This document shows positions 9,055 through 17,288 of a stretch of 64,000 nt of DNA, piece by piece. Source of the DNA: a virus (taxonomy: Duplodnaviria > Caudoviricetes). Where the stretch lies: positions 1 to 64,000 of IMG/VR virus record IMGVR_UViG_3300037067_016725; one strand, given 5' to 3'. Under the pieces are notes generated by a model. It was given only the letters and a program-made list of their open reading frames with translations, was not told the DNA's origin and did no database searches. Both the position numbers and the translations under genes were made by a program. Within the stretch, counting starts at the first letter, position 1. Each line of letters starts with the position of its first letter.

Positions 9055-10716
9055 ATGGCCATCAAGAAAACAGCAAATGCTGATTGTATTACATCCAAAG
9101 TTGATCGCAATGCCTGGTTGAATGCTACCTCCAAAAGAAAAGATGGTAGGATAAAGACTGCCTCTGAGGTACTGTCCCAGTATGATCCTTCCAGGTGGCT
9201 TCTATCTCATGTGACCATCATGGCGTCTGTGGATATCCAGCTGGCTAAGCCTAACGACCCCAAGTCCGATTATTTCATCAAACCCGAGCATAGCATCTTT
9301 GTGAACAACAATGGTGACTGCTGGGAAAGGGAACTCCTTGCCAAGACGTATAGGACTTTCCTTGGTGCCAACAACTATGTGGAGCATATTCAACAACCTG
9401 AGTTTGCAAGAGGAAAGGTAGTTGATGTAGCCCTTCGTGAGGTAGACCTGGGATTGGATGCCCATGGTAAACCCAACAACACTTTGTATGTAGACCTTCT
9501 TATTGCTACTAGCTGGGAATTCCCAGATATGTGCCAGAAGATTCTCAGCGGGGAGTACAATGCAGTCAGCATGGGTTGCTTAATTGCCTATTCTCGCTGC
9601 AGCCGTTGTGGTAATGTTGCTCATGATGATTCTGAACAGTGCGAGCATGTACAACTCTATCGCAGAAATACTTTCTATGATGAATATGGGAACAAGCGAA
9701 TCATCGCAGAAATCTGTGGACATAAGGATGACCCAAAGAGTGTGAACTTTATGGATGCCTCCTGGGTAAGGAAGCCTGCATTCCCTGGAGCAGTTCTTCG
9801 AAATATTGTATCTCCACAGGAATCCATAGCTGCAAATATTACTAAGGCAGCTATTAAGGGTAGCAATGACCCCCTGATGGAATCTGTGCAGTCTAGAGCT
9901 ATCCTTCAGAGTGAACACCACAGTGTCGATGCTTTTATGAAGGCGGCTTCCCTTAAGGTAGCCGAGGATCCTGCTTCTGAAGAGGACACTAAAGCAGAAC
10001 CTGAAGGTGCTGCAAGATTTGGAGATCCTGCTAAGGAAAGTGCTTTCCCAGAGATGCCCGCGGATCCATCTGCAGAAGGTGGGGATCCCTCTGCATCAGG
10101 AGCAGCTCCTGATGCAAGTGCTGACCCCACAGCAGAACAGCCTGATGCTCCTAAGACTTCTCCTGAAGAAGCGGACTCTACTCCATTCTCTGATATCCAA
10201 CAGAACATAGAGGATTCCGTTGTTACCCAGGTGAAGCAGAACCTTTTGGATAAAGTTCAGAAAGCTTTGGCTACAAAGACTGATTCTGAAGTCATCGGTG
10301 ATGGCATTAACAGGTATATAGACGCTACCAGGCAGGGTGAGGCCTTTGTTAAGGAGGCATCCTCTAAGACGGTATCTAAATATCTACAGGACAGATATTC
10401 CATAGACATCACCAAGGTACCCAATGTAAAACTGGCTTCCTCCCTAATGGCTTTTGCATCCGTCGGGGATGTTAACCTACTTAGGAAGTATGGGTTTACA
10501 AGAAAGGATATGGTAGAGGTTCTTGCTTTCGTATCAAGTCGCATGACAGGGAAAAAAGTTGGGGATGATGTTGCAGAGTATATCGCCAAAACTGCAGGTA
10601 ATCCAAGTGTGGATTACAACCTGGGTTTTGTCATAAATGCTGCAAGACCGCTAACTCCTTTTGAAAAAGAAGCGATGGATAGATGGCCCAGGCTCTTGAA
10701 TAAATGGAATACATGA
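9055..10716 (+). CDS. Prohead (capsid maturation) protease with Zn-finger insert and scaffold-like C-terminal extension
   Basis: Lies between portal and scaffold/MCP. Motifs NNNGDCW...NYVEH...ARGKVVD...VSMGC (candidate catalytic His and Ser), CSRCG...CEH, and an acidic Pro/Ala linker. Confidence 0.75.
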   Translation: MAIKKTANADCITSKVDRNAWLNATSKRKDGRIKTASEVLSQYDPSRWLLSHVTIMASVDIQLAKPNDPKSDYFIKPEHSIFVNNNGDCWERELLAKTYRTFLGANNYVEHIQQPEFARGKVVDVALREVDLGLDAHGKPNNTLYVDLLIATSWEFPDMCQKILSGEYNAVSMGCLIAYSRCSRCGNVAHDDSEQCEHVQLYRRNTFYDEYGNKRIIAEICGHKDDPKSVNFMDASWVRKPAFPGAVLRNIVSPQESIAANITKAAIKGSNDPLMESVQSRAILQSEHHSVDAFMKAASLKVAEDPASEEDTKAEPEGAARFGDPAKESAFPEMPADPSAEGGDPSASGAAPDASADPTAEQPDAPKTSPEEADSTPFSDIQQNIEDSVVTQVKQNLLDKVQKALATKTDSEVIGDGINRYIDATRQGEAFVKEASSKTVSKYLQDRYSIDITKVPNVKLASSLMAFASVGDVNLLRKYGFTRKDMVEVLAFVSSRMTGKKVGDDVAEYIAKTAGNPSVDYNLGFVINAARPLTPFEKEAMDRWPRLLNKWNT

Positions 10717-10759
10717 TTTTTTCAATAGAAAAAAATCTCGAGAAATAGAACAAACCCAA

Positions 10760-10771
10760 TAATCTATTAAT
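10760..10771 (+). promoter_or_regulatory. Late promoter motif TAATCTATTAAT
   Basis: Exact copy about 150 nt upstream of the scaffold/MCP operon. Confidence 0.7.
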
Positions 10772-10919
10772 TCGAGTAAAAATTTCGAATTTTCTGCAAG
10801 TAACTCCAGTCGAATTTTATTGACTCCCAGTGAATGCAGGAAGTAGGCATCGCCCCGTAAAATGCTAGACGGCATCTGGGGGGAAGAAACAAAACTCTGA
10901 ACCCAATGAGAGGTTAAAA

Positions 10920-11873
10920 ATGTCCAGACAGCGTCTTACAACTAAGGTTGCCGGTGAAGATGTTTACACCATGAATGGTGCTCGTCCCGAAGAAGACAAG
11001 CGCGGTGGAAATGGCTCCGGTGAAGCTTTCAACAAGGCCTACAATATTGGTGGCCCTTCTGACTTCGCCGAAGATCCCATCTCCAAGGCTGAGACTGCAA
11101 AGCTCAATACCGAAGATGGTAAGCGCAATGAGATGAACATTGGTGAGCTTCGCCTTGCTTTCGCAAATGCCATCAAGAATTCTCAGGATGTTCGTGAACA
11201 TGCTTCTAAGTGTGTTACCGCTTCCGAGTGCATGCTTCCCGGTGCTACCGAAGAAGTGATCGCTCAGAATGCTGCTGACCTGATGTTCATGCCTGACTTC
11301 GCCATCGACGGTGTCCTGTCCCGTATGGCCAACCTGGCTGAAGGCGCTATCGACGCAGCCAAGCCGGAAGACCAGAAGCCTGAAGAGAAGGAAGCCGCTT
11401 CTGCTGCTCCTGAAGGTGTTCCTGCTCCTTTCGCTCCTGCTGCTGAAGACAAGAAGCCTGAAGAGAAAGATGCCTCCGCTGAAAAGTCCGCTATGGAAAC
11501 CAAGCTCGCTGAATTGCAGAACGCCGTTGCCGCTCTGACCGAACAGCTTTCTTGCATGAAGGGTGCAGGTGCTCCTGCCCCCACTCCTGATGCAGCTCCT
11601 GCCCCTGCCCCTGCAGGTGACGCCGGTGAAGTGAAGACTGACCTGGATGATGCTGCTACTACTGATGACCTTGATAAGGAACTCGCTGGCGTAGGTGACA
11701 CTGCCAAGACCGCATCCGTGAAGGGTGACGCTCTGGAGTCCATCTTTGCCGCTTACGACCCCGCTCCGGCTATGTCCTCCGCGATGGTCCGTAAAGCTTC
11801 CAGCCATTCTGCTGATGATGAACTTGCCGCTATGTGGGGAAGCACTCCTGACGTGTCTAGCGTGTTCCGCTAA
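10920..11873 (+). CDS. Capsid scaffolding protein
   Basis: Acidic, Ala/Pro-rich, with a coiled coil. Strong codon bias. Directly upstream of decoration and MCP genes. Confidence 0.7.
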   Translation: MSRQRLTTKVAGEDVYTMNGARPEEDKRGGNGSGEAFNKAYNIGGPSDFAEDPISKAETAKLNTEDGKRNEMNIGELRLAFANAIKNSQDVREHASKCVTASECMLPGATEEVIAQNAADLMFMPDFAIDGVLSRMANLAEGAIDAAKPEDQKPEEKEAASAAPEGVPAPFAPAAEDKKPEEKDASAEKSAMETKLAELQNAVAALTEQLSCMKGAGAPAPTPDAAPAPAPAGDAGEVKTDLDDAATTDDLDKELAGVGDTAKTASVKGDALESIFAAYDPAPAMSSAMVRKASSHSADDELAAMWGSTPDVSSVFR

Positions 11874-11961
11874 TCACGGAAGAAGAACTTCGGGCAATGA
11901 ACAAGAACCACTCTCGCTAACCCACTTAGCGGGGAATGTGACAACAAGAAGAAGGTAAAAC

Positions 11962-12531
11962 ATGTCTCGTGGAGTAAGTAACAAGATTACTGCCGCCAGG
12001 GAGCTGAATCCTCTCTATCGTGGTACGCTGAATGCATTCTGTGCTATCAGCGACGCCGCCCTGGATCAGGACAACAAGTCCCTGTCTACTCAGGCAGCCG
12101 CAAACACCCTCATCGCCACTGGCAGCATCGGCCTCCTCGCGGGTTCCGTTGTGGCTATCGTCGATGCCGCAACCGTAGGTGCCGCTCTCGCTGATACTGG
12201 CGTATTCGCTGGTATCGTTGGTCTCGCCGTCCGTAACTCGGCTGGTGAAGCTTACGAAAGCACCAACTCCAATGGTTCCGGTGGTATCACCTATCTGCAT
12301 GGCACCAACACCCTGGTGGAAGTTGCCGTGTTCGAAACCGTCGCTTTCAATGCTACCACTCCTCTCACCTATGCCGCTGGTGAAAACCTCTATGCCTCTC
12401 AGAATGGTCTCCTGACCAATGCTGCCGGCCTGGAAGGTGGTGCAGCTGCCGTTGGTGCTACGGTCGTGGCGATTGTCATCGATCCCCCTACCACCAGCAA
12501 CCCGGTCATGGCCGTTCAGCTTCGCGTTTAA
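11962..12531 (+). CDS. Head decoration/cement protein
   Basis: 189 aa, Ala/Gly-rich, YAAGENLYASQNGLLT and IVIDPPT motifs, immediately before the MCP. Confidence 0.7.
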   Translation: MSRGVSNKITAARELNPLYRGTLNAFCAISDAALDQDNKSLSTQAAANTLIATGSIGLLAGSVVAIVDAATVGAALADTGVFAGIVGLAVRNSAGEAYESTNSNGSGGITYLHGTNTLVEVAVFETVAFNATTPLTYAAGENLYASQNGLLTNAAGLEGGAAAVGATVVAIVIDPPTTSNPVMAVQLRV

Positions 12532-12545
12532 GGAGGGACTAGAAA

Positions 12546-13421
12546 ATGTCATTCGCAAAGATGTCCAACGAACAGAGAAATGCCGTCATTGGCAAACATA
12601 TCGGCACTCTTGCCGGTCGTCAACGCATCGCTTCGTCCATGCAGCAGCCGCTGCGTGAACGCCGTGACTACTCCGCCGTAGGTCGTAAGACCTTCGAAGT
12701 GGAAGAACTCCCGGACGGTGCTCTCCCCATCTATGACAAGGACCCCGAGGTAAAGGCCTACGCGGTTTCCGAAGAAGGTGAAAACATTGTTGGTACCTCC
12801 CGTGGTACTCGTGTGCTCTTCCCCTTGTTCGAGCTCGCTTCCAACCCCGAAATCCCTCTGTCCCAGATCAAGGAACGTCGCTTCGACCTAGTCGAGCGCT
12901 CCATGAACCTCGGTAAGGCTCAGATCCAGGCTGCTGAAGACTCTCGCGTCTTCGACGTGCTTGATGCTCTGTCCGTGAACGGGTTCTCCGGTGCGACTCC
13001 GAACCCCCAGGTCAACGTCAACGCTCCTGTGACCCCTGCTGCCTTCATTGATGCCTTCGCTGAGATCGAACAGTGGGACAACCGCGTTGCTCGCGTGTTC
13101 ATGAACGCCCGTGATTTCGCTGACCTGCGTAAGTGGGGACGTGACATCCTGGATATCGAGACCCAGGCCACTCTGTTGAAGACTGGTTTGATGGCTCAGC
13201 TCCACGGCGCTCAGATCATGATCTCCCGTATCGTCGAACCCGGCTACATCTACGTGTGTGCTGAACCTGAATTCCTCGGACGTTTCCCCGTTCGTACGGA
13301 GCTCACGGTTCTATCCGCTGATGATCCTAAGGCTCGCCGTATCGGCTTCTCGATCTTCGAGATGATCGGCGTGGGTGCCTTCAATCCGAAGGCTCTGGCC
13401 CGTATCAAGATCGCTCGCTAA
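12546..13421 (+). CDS. Major capsid protein (compact HK97 fold, encapsulin/linocin-like size)
   Basis: 291 aa, AAGGAGG RBS, strongest codon bias. Motifs IASSMQQPLRERRDY, ELPDGALPIYDKD, FELASNPEI, IQAAED, IGFSIFEMIGVGAFNP. Terminator follows. Confidence 0.88.
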   Translation: MSFAKMSNEQRNAVIGKHIGTLAGRQRIASSMQQPLRERRDYSAVGRKTFEVEELPDGALPIYDKDPEVKAYAVSEEGENIVGTSRGTRVLFPLFELASNPEIPLSQIKERRFDLVERSMNLGKAQIQAAEDSRVFDVLDALSVNGFSGATPNPQVNVNAPVTPAAFIDAFAEIEQWDNRVARVFMNARDFADLRKWGRDILDIETQATLLKTGLMAQLHGAQIMISRIVEPGYIYVCAEPEFLGRFPVRTELTVLSADDPKARRIGFSIFEMIGVGAFNPKALARIKIAR

Positions 13422-13439
13422 TCACGAGTTTTCTCAAAG

Positions 13440-13472
13440 AAACCCAGGTGGCAACCCCACCTGGGTTTTTTG
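13440..13472 (+). terminator. Intrinsic terminator after the MCP
   Basis: AAACCCAGGTGG-loop-CCACCTGGGTTT running into a T tract. Confidence 0.85.
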
Positions 13473-13483
13473 TTATTTGGGCC

Positions 13484-14320
13484 ATGTCCAAACGGTATAT
13501 CAGGGATATGACAAGATACTGTGAGATAAGATACCATGAAGATGACAACGTGGGGTTTAAGGCATGGGATAAGGCCTTTCGACAGGTGTCCTACTCTTGC
13601 GGCCACCTGATAACTAAAAGGGTGGTAGGGGACATCACTCTACCCAGGGAAGAGTGGGAGTCTCGGTATGGTAAACGAAAGCACCTTTGCCCCGTTTGCA
13701 AGAACATATCCACAGCAAATGATATAAAAGAAAAGTATCCTCAGGTACACAAGGAAATTCTATGCAGGCTAAGTGAGGCAAGGGTGACAGAAAAGTACCA
13801 TTATTTTGACTTGTTTGTCCACGCCTTTACCTTATGCCAGTATTACCGCCGTATAAGATGGTCATTTAGGGGGATGCTAGCAGCATCTATTAACGCCTGG
13901 ATCGTTCTGGATAACCGGTGTGGTGGCCTCATGGAGAAGTCTGTAGAACTCAAATGGGTTTGGGACTTATACAAATACATTGAGGGGATTCGAATGAAAG
14001 ACGAATACCCTGTGGACCCAGAGCCCCCTGGTCTACGATTCTTTAAGGGGGATTGCCTTAACGAGGCCCATGGGGATGACTCCGTTATGGAAGCTATAGC
14101 TAGATCTCCTCAACTGATTTACGGAATACTAGGGAGGGGGAAAGCTAAATCCTTTGACAACCATATGGCCGGGGAAGGGTTTGCAAAGATGCTATCCCAT
14201 GTTGAGGGTTCTGGGTTATTCATGAACTATCTACAGGGAATAGCCTCTCCCCTAGCCCTCTGCATGGCCAGTGGTGAATGGGAAGACACAAAGGCCTGGT
14301 TGCTCAAAACTTACAGATAG
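13484..14320 (+). CDS. Hypothetical protein with CGH...CPVC zinc-binding motif
   Basis: Start moved to ATG 13484 because the 13448 start lies inside the terminator. Confidence 0.55.
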   Translation: MSKRYIRDMTRYCEIRYHEDDNVGFKAWDKAFRQVSYSCGHLITKRVVGDITLPREEWESRYGKRKHLCPVCKNISTANDIKEKYPQVHKEILCRLSEARVTEKYHYFDLFVHAFTLCQYYRRIRWSFRGMLAASINAWIVLDNRCGGLMEKSVELKWVWDLYKYIEGIRMKDEYPVDPEPPGLRFFKGDCLNEAHGDDSVMEAIARSPQLIYGILGRGKAKSFDNHMAGEGFAKMLSHVEGSGLFMNYLQGIASPLALCMASGEWEDTKAWLLKTYR

Positions 14321-14329
14321 ATATCCCCA

Positions 14330-14341
14330 TAATCTTTTTAT
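14330..14341 (+). promoter_or_regulatory. Late promoter motif variant TAATCTTTTTAT
   Basis: One mismatch, 20 nt before ATG 14361. Confidence 0.55.
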
Positions 14342-14360
14342 GGGTGAGGTGTTTTCCATA

Positions 14361-15416
14361 ATGGAAAACACCCTACTTATAGAGAAACTAGATAAGGTTG
14401 CTGACGAACTGCAGAACCGCGGTTTATATCGCCTAGCTTCTGATATTGACCAAGTCAGCAACACCCTGATGAAGGTGTCCCCCGACCTAGGTCTAGTGGA
14501 TATCCCCAAAGATGATCTGATCAAAACTGTGCTGTTCAGTGGAGGTACCCAGGGTGATGAAATGACTGGCATCACTCTGATGGGGGAGATTGCAAAGAAC
14601 CCTACGATAGCTAGCCGACCAGGTGTAGACCTTAAATTACAACTATCCAATCCCGCAGCTATCGAAAGGTGTGTTCACTTTATTGATGAGGATCTAAACG
14701 ATTGCTTCAGCATGGAAGACCTCACCAACCCTAATCAAACCAAGTATGAGATGAAGCTGGCTCAGTCCATATTCCAGAATCTGGGTGGTAAAAAAGGCAA
14801 CGTAGACTTAATCGTGGATTTTCACAATACTACTTGCAACATGGGCATAACACTGATAGTGAGCCGGCTTAGTCCTTTTATGTGTAAGCTTGTAGCCACA
14901 TTGACCCATATGTACCCTGATGACCTTAAAATCCTGTATACCCCGGAAGTTCAGGAGACATCCCCTTATCTAGATTCCTTGGGAAAGAACGGGCTGACTG
15001 TTGAGGTAGGACCCCTAAAACATGGCCCCTATCTGAACAAGGTGTCCTATGCTAAGACCAAGAGATTAGCCTCGGATATCATGGATTTTGTGGTCAACTG
15101 GAATTCAGGGAATATCCCGAAAAAGGGTATAACTGTACCGGTATACAGACAAGTGCAGACGATAGAGTATATGGTGGATAAGACCAACATGACTAGGATC
15201 TCCGACATAAATCCAGAGCTCCTAGGGAAGGACTACTCCCCTATAAATAAGGGGGAAATCCTTCAGTACATGCTTGGCACTGGAGAACCTATAAGGTACG
15301 AGGGGACAGAGACGGTGTACCCTGTGTTTATAGAAGAGGCTGCAAAATCATACAGGGATCCTAAATACGGGGATGAGGCCATGGATCTTACCTGGTTGTC
15401 CCATGAGACATGGTAG
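14361..15416 (+). CDS. Aspartoacylase/succinylglutamate desuccinylase (AstE_AspA) family protein with N-terminal helical tag
   Basis: GGTQGDE, NPAA...FIDEDLN, DFHNTTCNMG, VEVGP and YPVFIEEAA match aspartoacylase motifs. Start moved to 14361 (GAGGT RBS). Confidence 0.85.
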   Translation: MENTLLIEKLDKVADELQNRGLYRLASDIDQVSNTLMKVSPDLGLVDIPKDDLIKTVLFSGGTQGDEMTGITLMGEIAKNPTIASRPGVDLKLQLSNPAAIERCVHFIDEDLNDCFSMEDLTNPNQTKYEMKLAQSIFQNLGGKKGNVDLIVDFHNTTCNMGITLIVSRLSPFMCKLVATLTHMYPDDLKILYTPEVQETSPYLDSLGKNGLTVEVGPLKHGPYLNKVSYAKTKRLASDIMDFVVNWNSGNIPKKGITVPVYRQVQTIEYMVDKTNMTRISDINPELLGKDYSPINKGEILQYMLGTGEPIRYEGTETVYPVFIEEAAKSYRDPKYGDEAMDLTWLSHETW

Positions 15417-15426
15417 AGAGGAAAAT

Positions 15427-16020
15427 ATGGGAATTAAATCTTTTGACAGAATGACATCAATCGTAGCTTCTAGCTCCTTCCTATCTGAGGGAGCCAAGTC
15501 ACTAGCTATTGTTAAACTGGCCAACGAGCTGCTTACTGACCATCATTTTATGGAAGAGTACCGTAGGGGTGGGTATAGACTATTTGTGGACATGGACGGG
15601 GTACTGACGGACTGGGAAGGTCAATACCAAAAGTTTGCAGGGAAGCCTTTTGTTTCTAATGAGACTGCTGAGTGGAGGGTTGCAAACAAGTTGGAGTTCT
15701 GGTCTACTATGCCCTGGCTGAAGGGTGGTAGAGAACTGTGGGACACCTTGAAACCCCTAAATCCTATTCTCTTAACTTCTCCTGCTCATTTCAGAGGTGC
15801 CCGGGAGGGTAAACAACTTTGGGTGGAAGATAACATACCTGGTACCCAGATAATCATGGACTCGAACAAGGGTAAGTATGCCACTTCCAAATCCATCTTG
15901 GTAGATGATATGGAGAAGAATACCGAGGCCTGGAAACTAGAGGGTGGGATAGCTGTCAGGTATGAAGGTAACCCCGGAAAAGCTGCGAGAGAAATCTATA
16001 AGATAGTGGTTAAGAAATAG
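15427..16020 (+). CDS. HAD-family 5'(3')-deoxyribonucleotidase-like protein with N-terminal extension
   Basis: LFVDMDGVLTDW, ILLTSP, GKQLWV, ILVDD motifs. Start moved to 15427 (GAGG RBS). Confidence 0.8.
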   Translation: MGIKSFDRMTSIVASSSFLSEGAKSLAIVKLANELLTDHHFMEEYRRGGYRLFVDMDGVLTDWEGQYQKFAGKPFVSNETAEWRVANKLEFWSTMPWLKGGRELWDTLKPLNPILLTSPAHFRGAREGKQLWVEDNIPGTQIIMDSNKGKYATSKSILVDDMEKNTEAWKLEGGIAVRYEGNPGKAAREIYKIVVKK

Positions 16021-16043
16021 GGTATTCCCTCGTATTGTGAGGG

Positions 16044-16418
16044 ATGACCCCAACCCCTGTTCTTAGCGACAAGCTGAAGAGAACTCTTGAAGAGGTTCTT
16101 CTAAGGCACTACCAGCAGGGAGCAACGGACAATATCCTTGGAATTATGGAAGGTGTTCTGCAAAGTGCAGGGGAGGCCACGTTAGACGAACTAATCTCGG
16201 AAATGGTTCAAGTATACTGGAAAAGTGTTAAACTACCTTTGAACTATGTATATAAGCAGAGCCACAAGGATGAGTGGTTACTCTGGCTACGAGATTTCTT
16301 CAGCATTATCCTAAAATACCCCTGGGAAAATCTCCTTAATAAAGTGCAAGAGAAAGGGGTTAAAAAAGACCTAGCTGTTATGGTGATGGGGGACTATGAC
16401 CTTTTCAGAGGATCGTAA
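16044..16418 (+). CDS. Hypothetical protein
   Basis: 124-aa ORF in the co-directional run. Confidence 0.5.
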   Translation: MTPTPVLSDKLKRTLEEVLLRHYQQGATDNILGIMEGVLQSAGEATLDELISEMVQVYWKSVKLPLNYVYKQSHKDEWLLWLRDFFSIILKYPWENLLNKVQEKGVKKDLAVMVMGDYDLFRGS

Positions 16419-16596
16419 CACCTTTCACTACAAGGTGCATGCATGTCTGGGACTACAAGTGATAGACCCAGCAATAGTATCACTAACCCTATTCCTATGC
16501 TTGCAGAAGCCTGGGGAGGCCAAGGACATTGCTGATAGGATAAGAGGAGAAGAGGGGTGGAAGTGGTTCGCAGAAAGGGATTGTAAAAAATCATAA
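16396..16596 (+). CDS. Small hypothetical protein
   Basis: 66 aa. Its stop coincides with a promoter motif. Confidence 0.4.
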   Translation: MTFSEDRNTFHYKVHACLGLQVIDPAIVSLTLFLCLQKPGEAKDIADRIRGEEGWKWFAERDCKKS

Positions 16597-16605
16597 TCTG
16601 TTAAT
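16594..16605 (+). promoter_or_regulatory. Late promoter motif TAATCTGTTAAT
   Basis: Exact copy upstream of 16644. Confidence 0.7.
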
Positions 16606-16643
16606 GGATTTTCAACGTAGACCTATTTCTTCACAGGTTTACC

Positions 16644-17288
16644 GTGTCCCAGTATCTTGAAAGCATTGATCCAAGATTGGTTATCCTCCAGTATGGTATG
16701 AGCGTTCCAGTAGGAACTCCCTTACACCTATTAGCCAGGGTAGCCAGTTCCTTGCAGCATCTCAATCCAGAACTTGTCAAGGATTGTGGTATCAGGACTT
16801 TGGGGTTCAAGGATCTAGGGCCCTCTAGGGAGCTATACCCTAATCACGGTTTGTATGTGAATGACAAGCTTTTTCTAAATTCACAGCTGGTAGATGATCC
16901 TACCATCTATGAAGATACTTCGTCTGGCAAAAGGCTTGACACCTTCGATCACATCCTATACCATGAGCTAGGCCATGGGTGGGATGTCCAAAAAGGGGGA
17001 GGCACCGAGCTATCCCTGCAGCCTGAGTGGCTGGGTCTTTCAGGGTGGGTAAACAACCCTCTACCTGGTAAGGTTAAGGTAATTATACAGGACAAGGATG
17101 AGCTGGAACCCTTAGAGGATCACGGGTGGTATTATGATCCTGGTTCCAAGTTTGTGAGATATTATGCTCGATGGAATCCTTGGGACGACTTTGCAGATAC
17201 TTTTAGTTTTTTGGTGGCGGGTATGAATGGTTTCTTACCCGAAGAGAAAAAGGCGTATTTTGACGACCGTATGAAGGACTATCTATGA
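16644..17288 (+). CDS. HEXXH zinc metallopeptidase-like protein
   Basis: ILYHELGHGWD plus downstream YARWNPWDDFADTF. Confidence 0.7.
   Translation: MSQYLESIDPRLVILQYGMSVPVGTPLHLLARVASSLQHLNPELVKDCGIRTLGFKDLGPSRELYPNHGLYVNDKLFLNSQLVDDPTIYEDTSSGKRLDTFDHILYHELGHGWDVQKGGGTELSLQPEWLGLSGWVNNPLPGKVKVIIQDKDELEPLEDHGWYYDPGSKFVRYYARWNPWDDFADTFSFLVAGMNGFLPEEKKAYFDDRMKDYL

Noticed and set aside
10914-12558. Long minus-strand ORFs (10914-11807, 11926-12558, also 48526-49443 and 49471-50103)
   Set aside because: Antisense shadows of strongly codon-biased + strand genes, with no RBS or recognisable motifs.
12546-13421. Cellular encapsulin operon
   Set aside because: Embedded in portal-protease-scaffold-decoration synteny, so it is a viral MCP. 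Only the analogy is kept.
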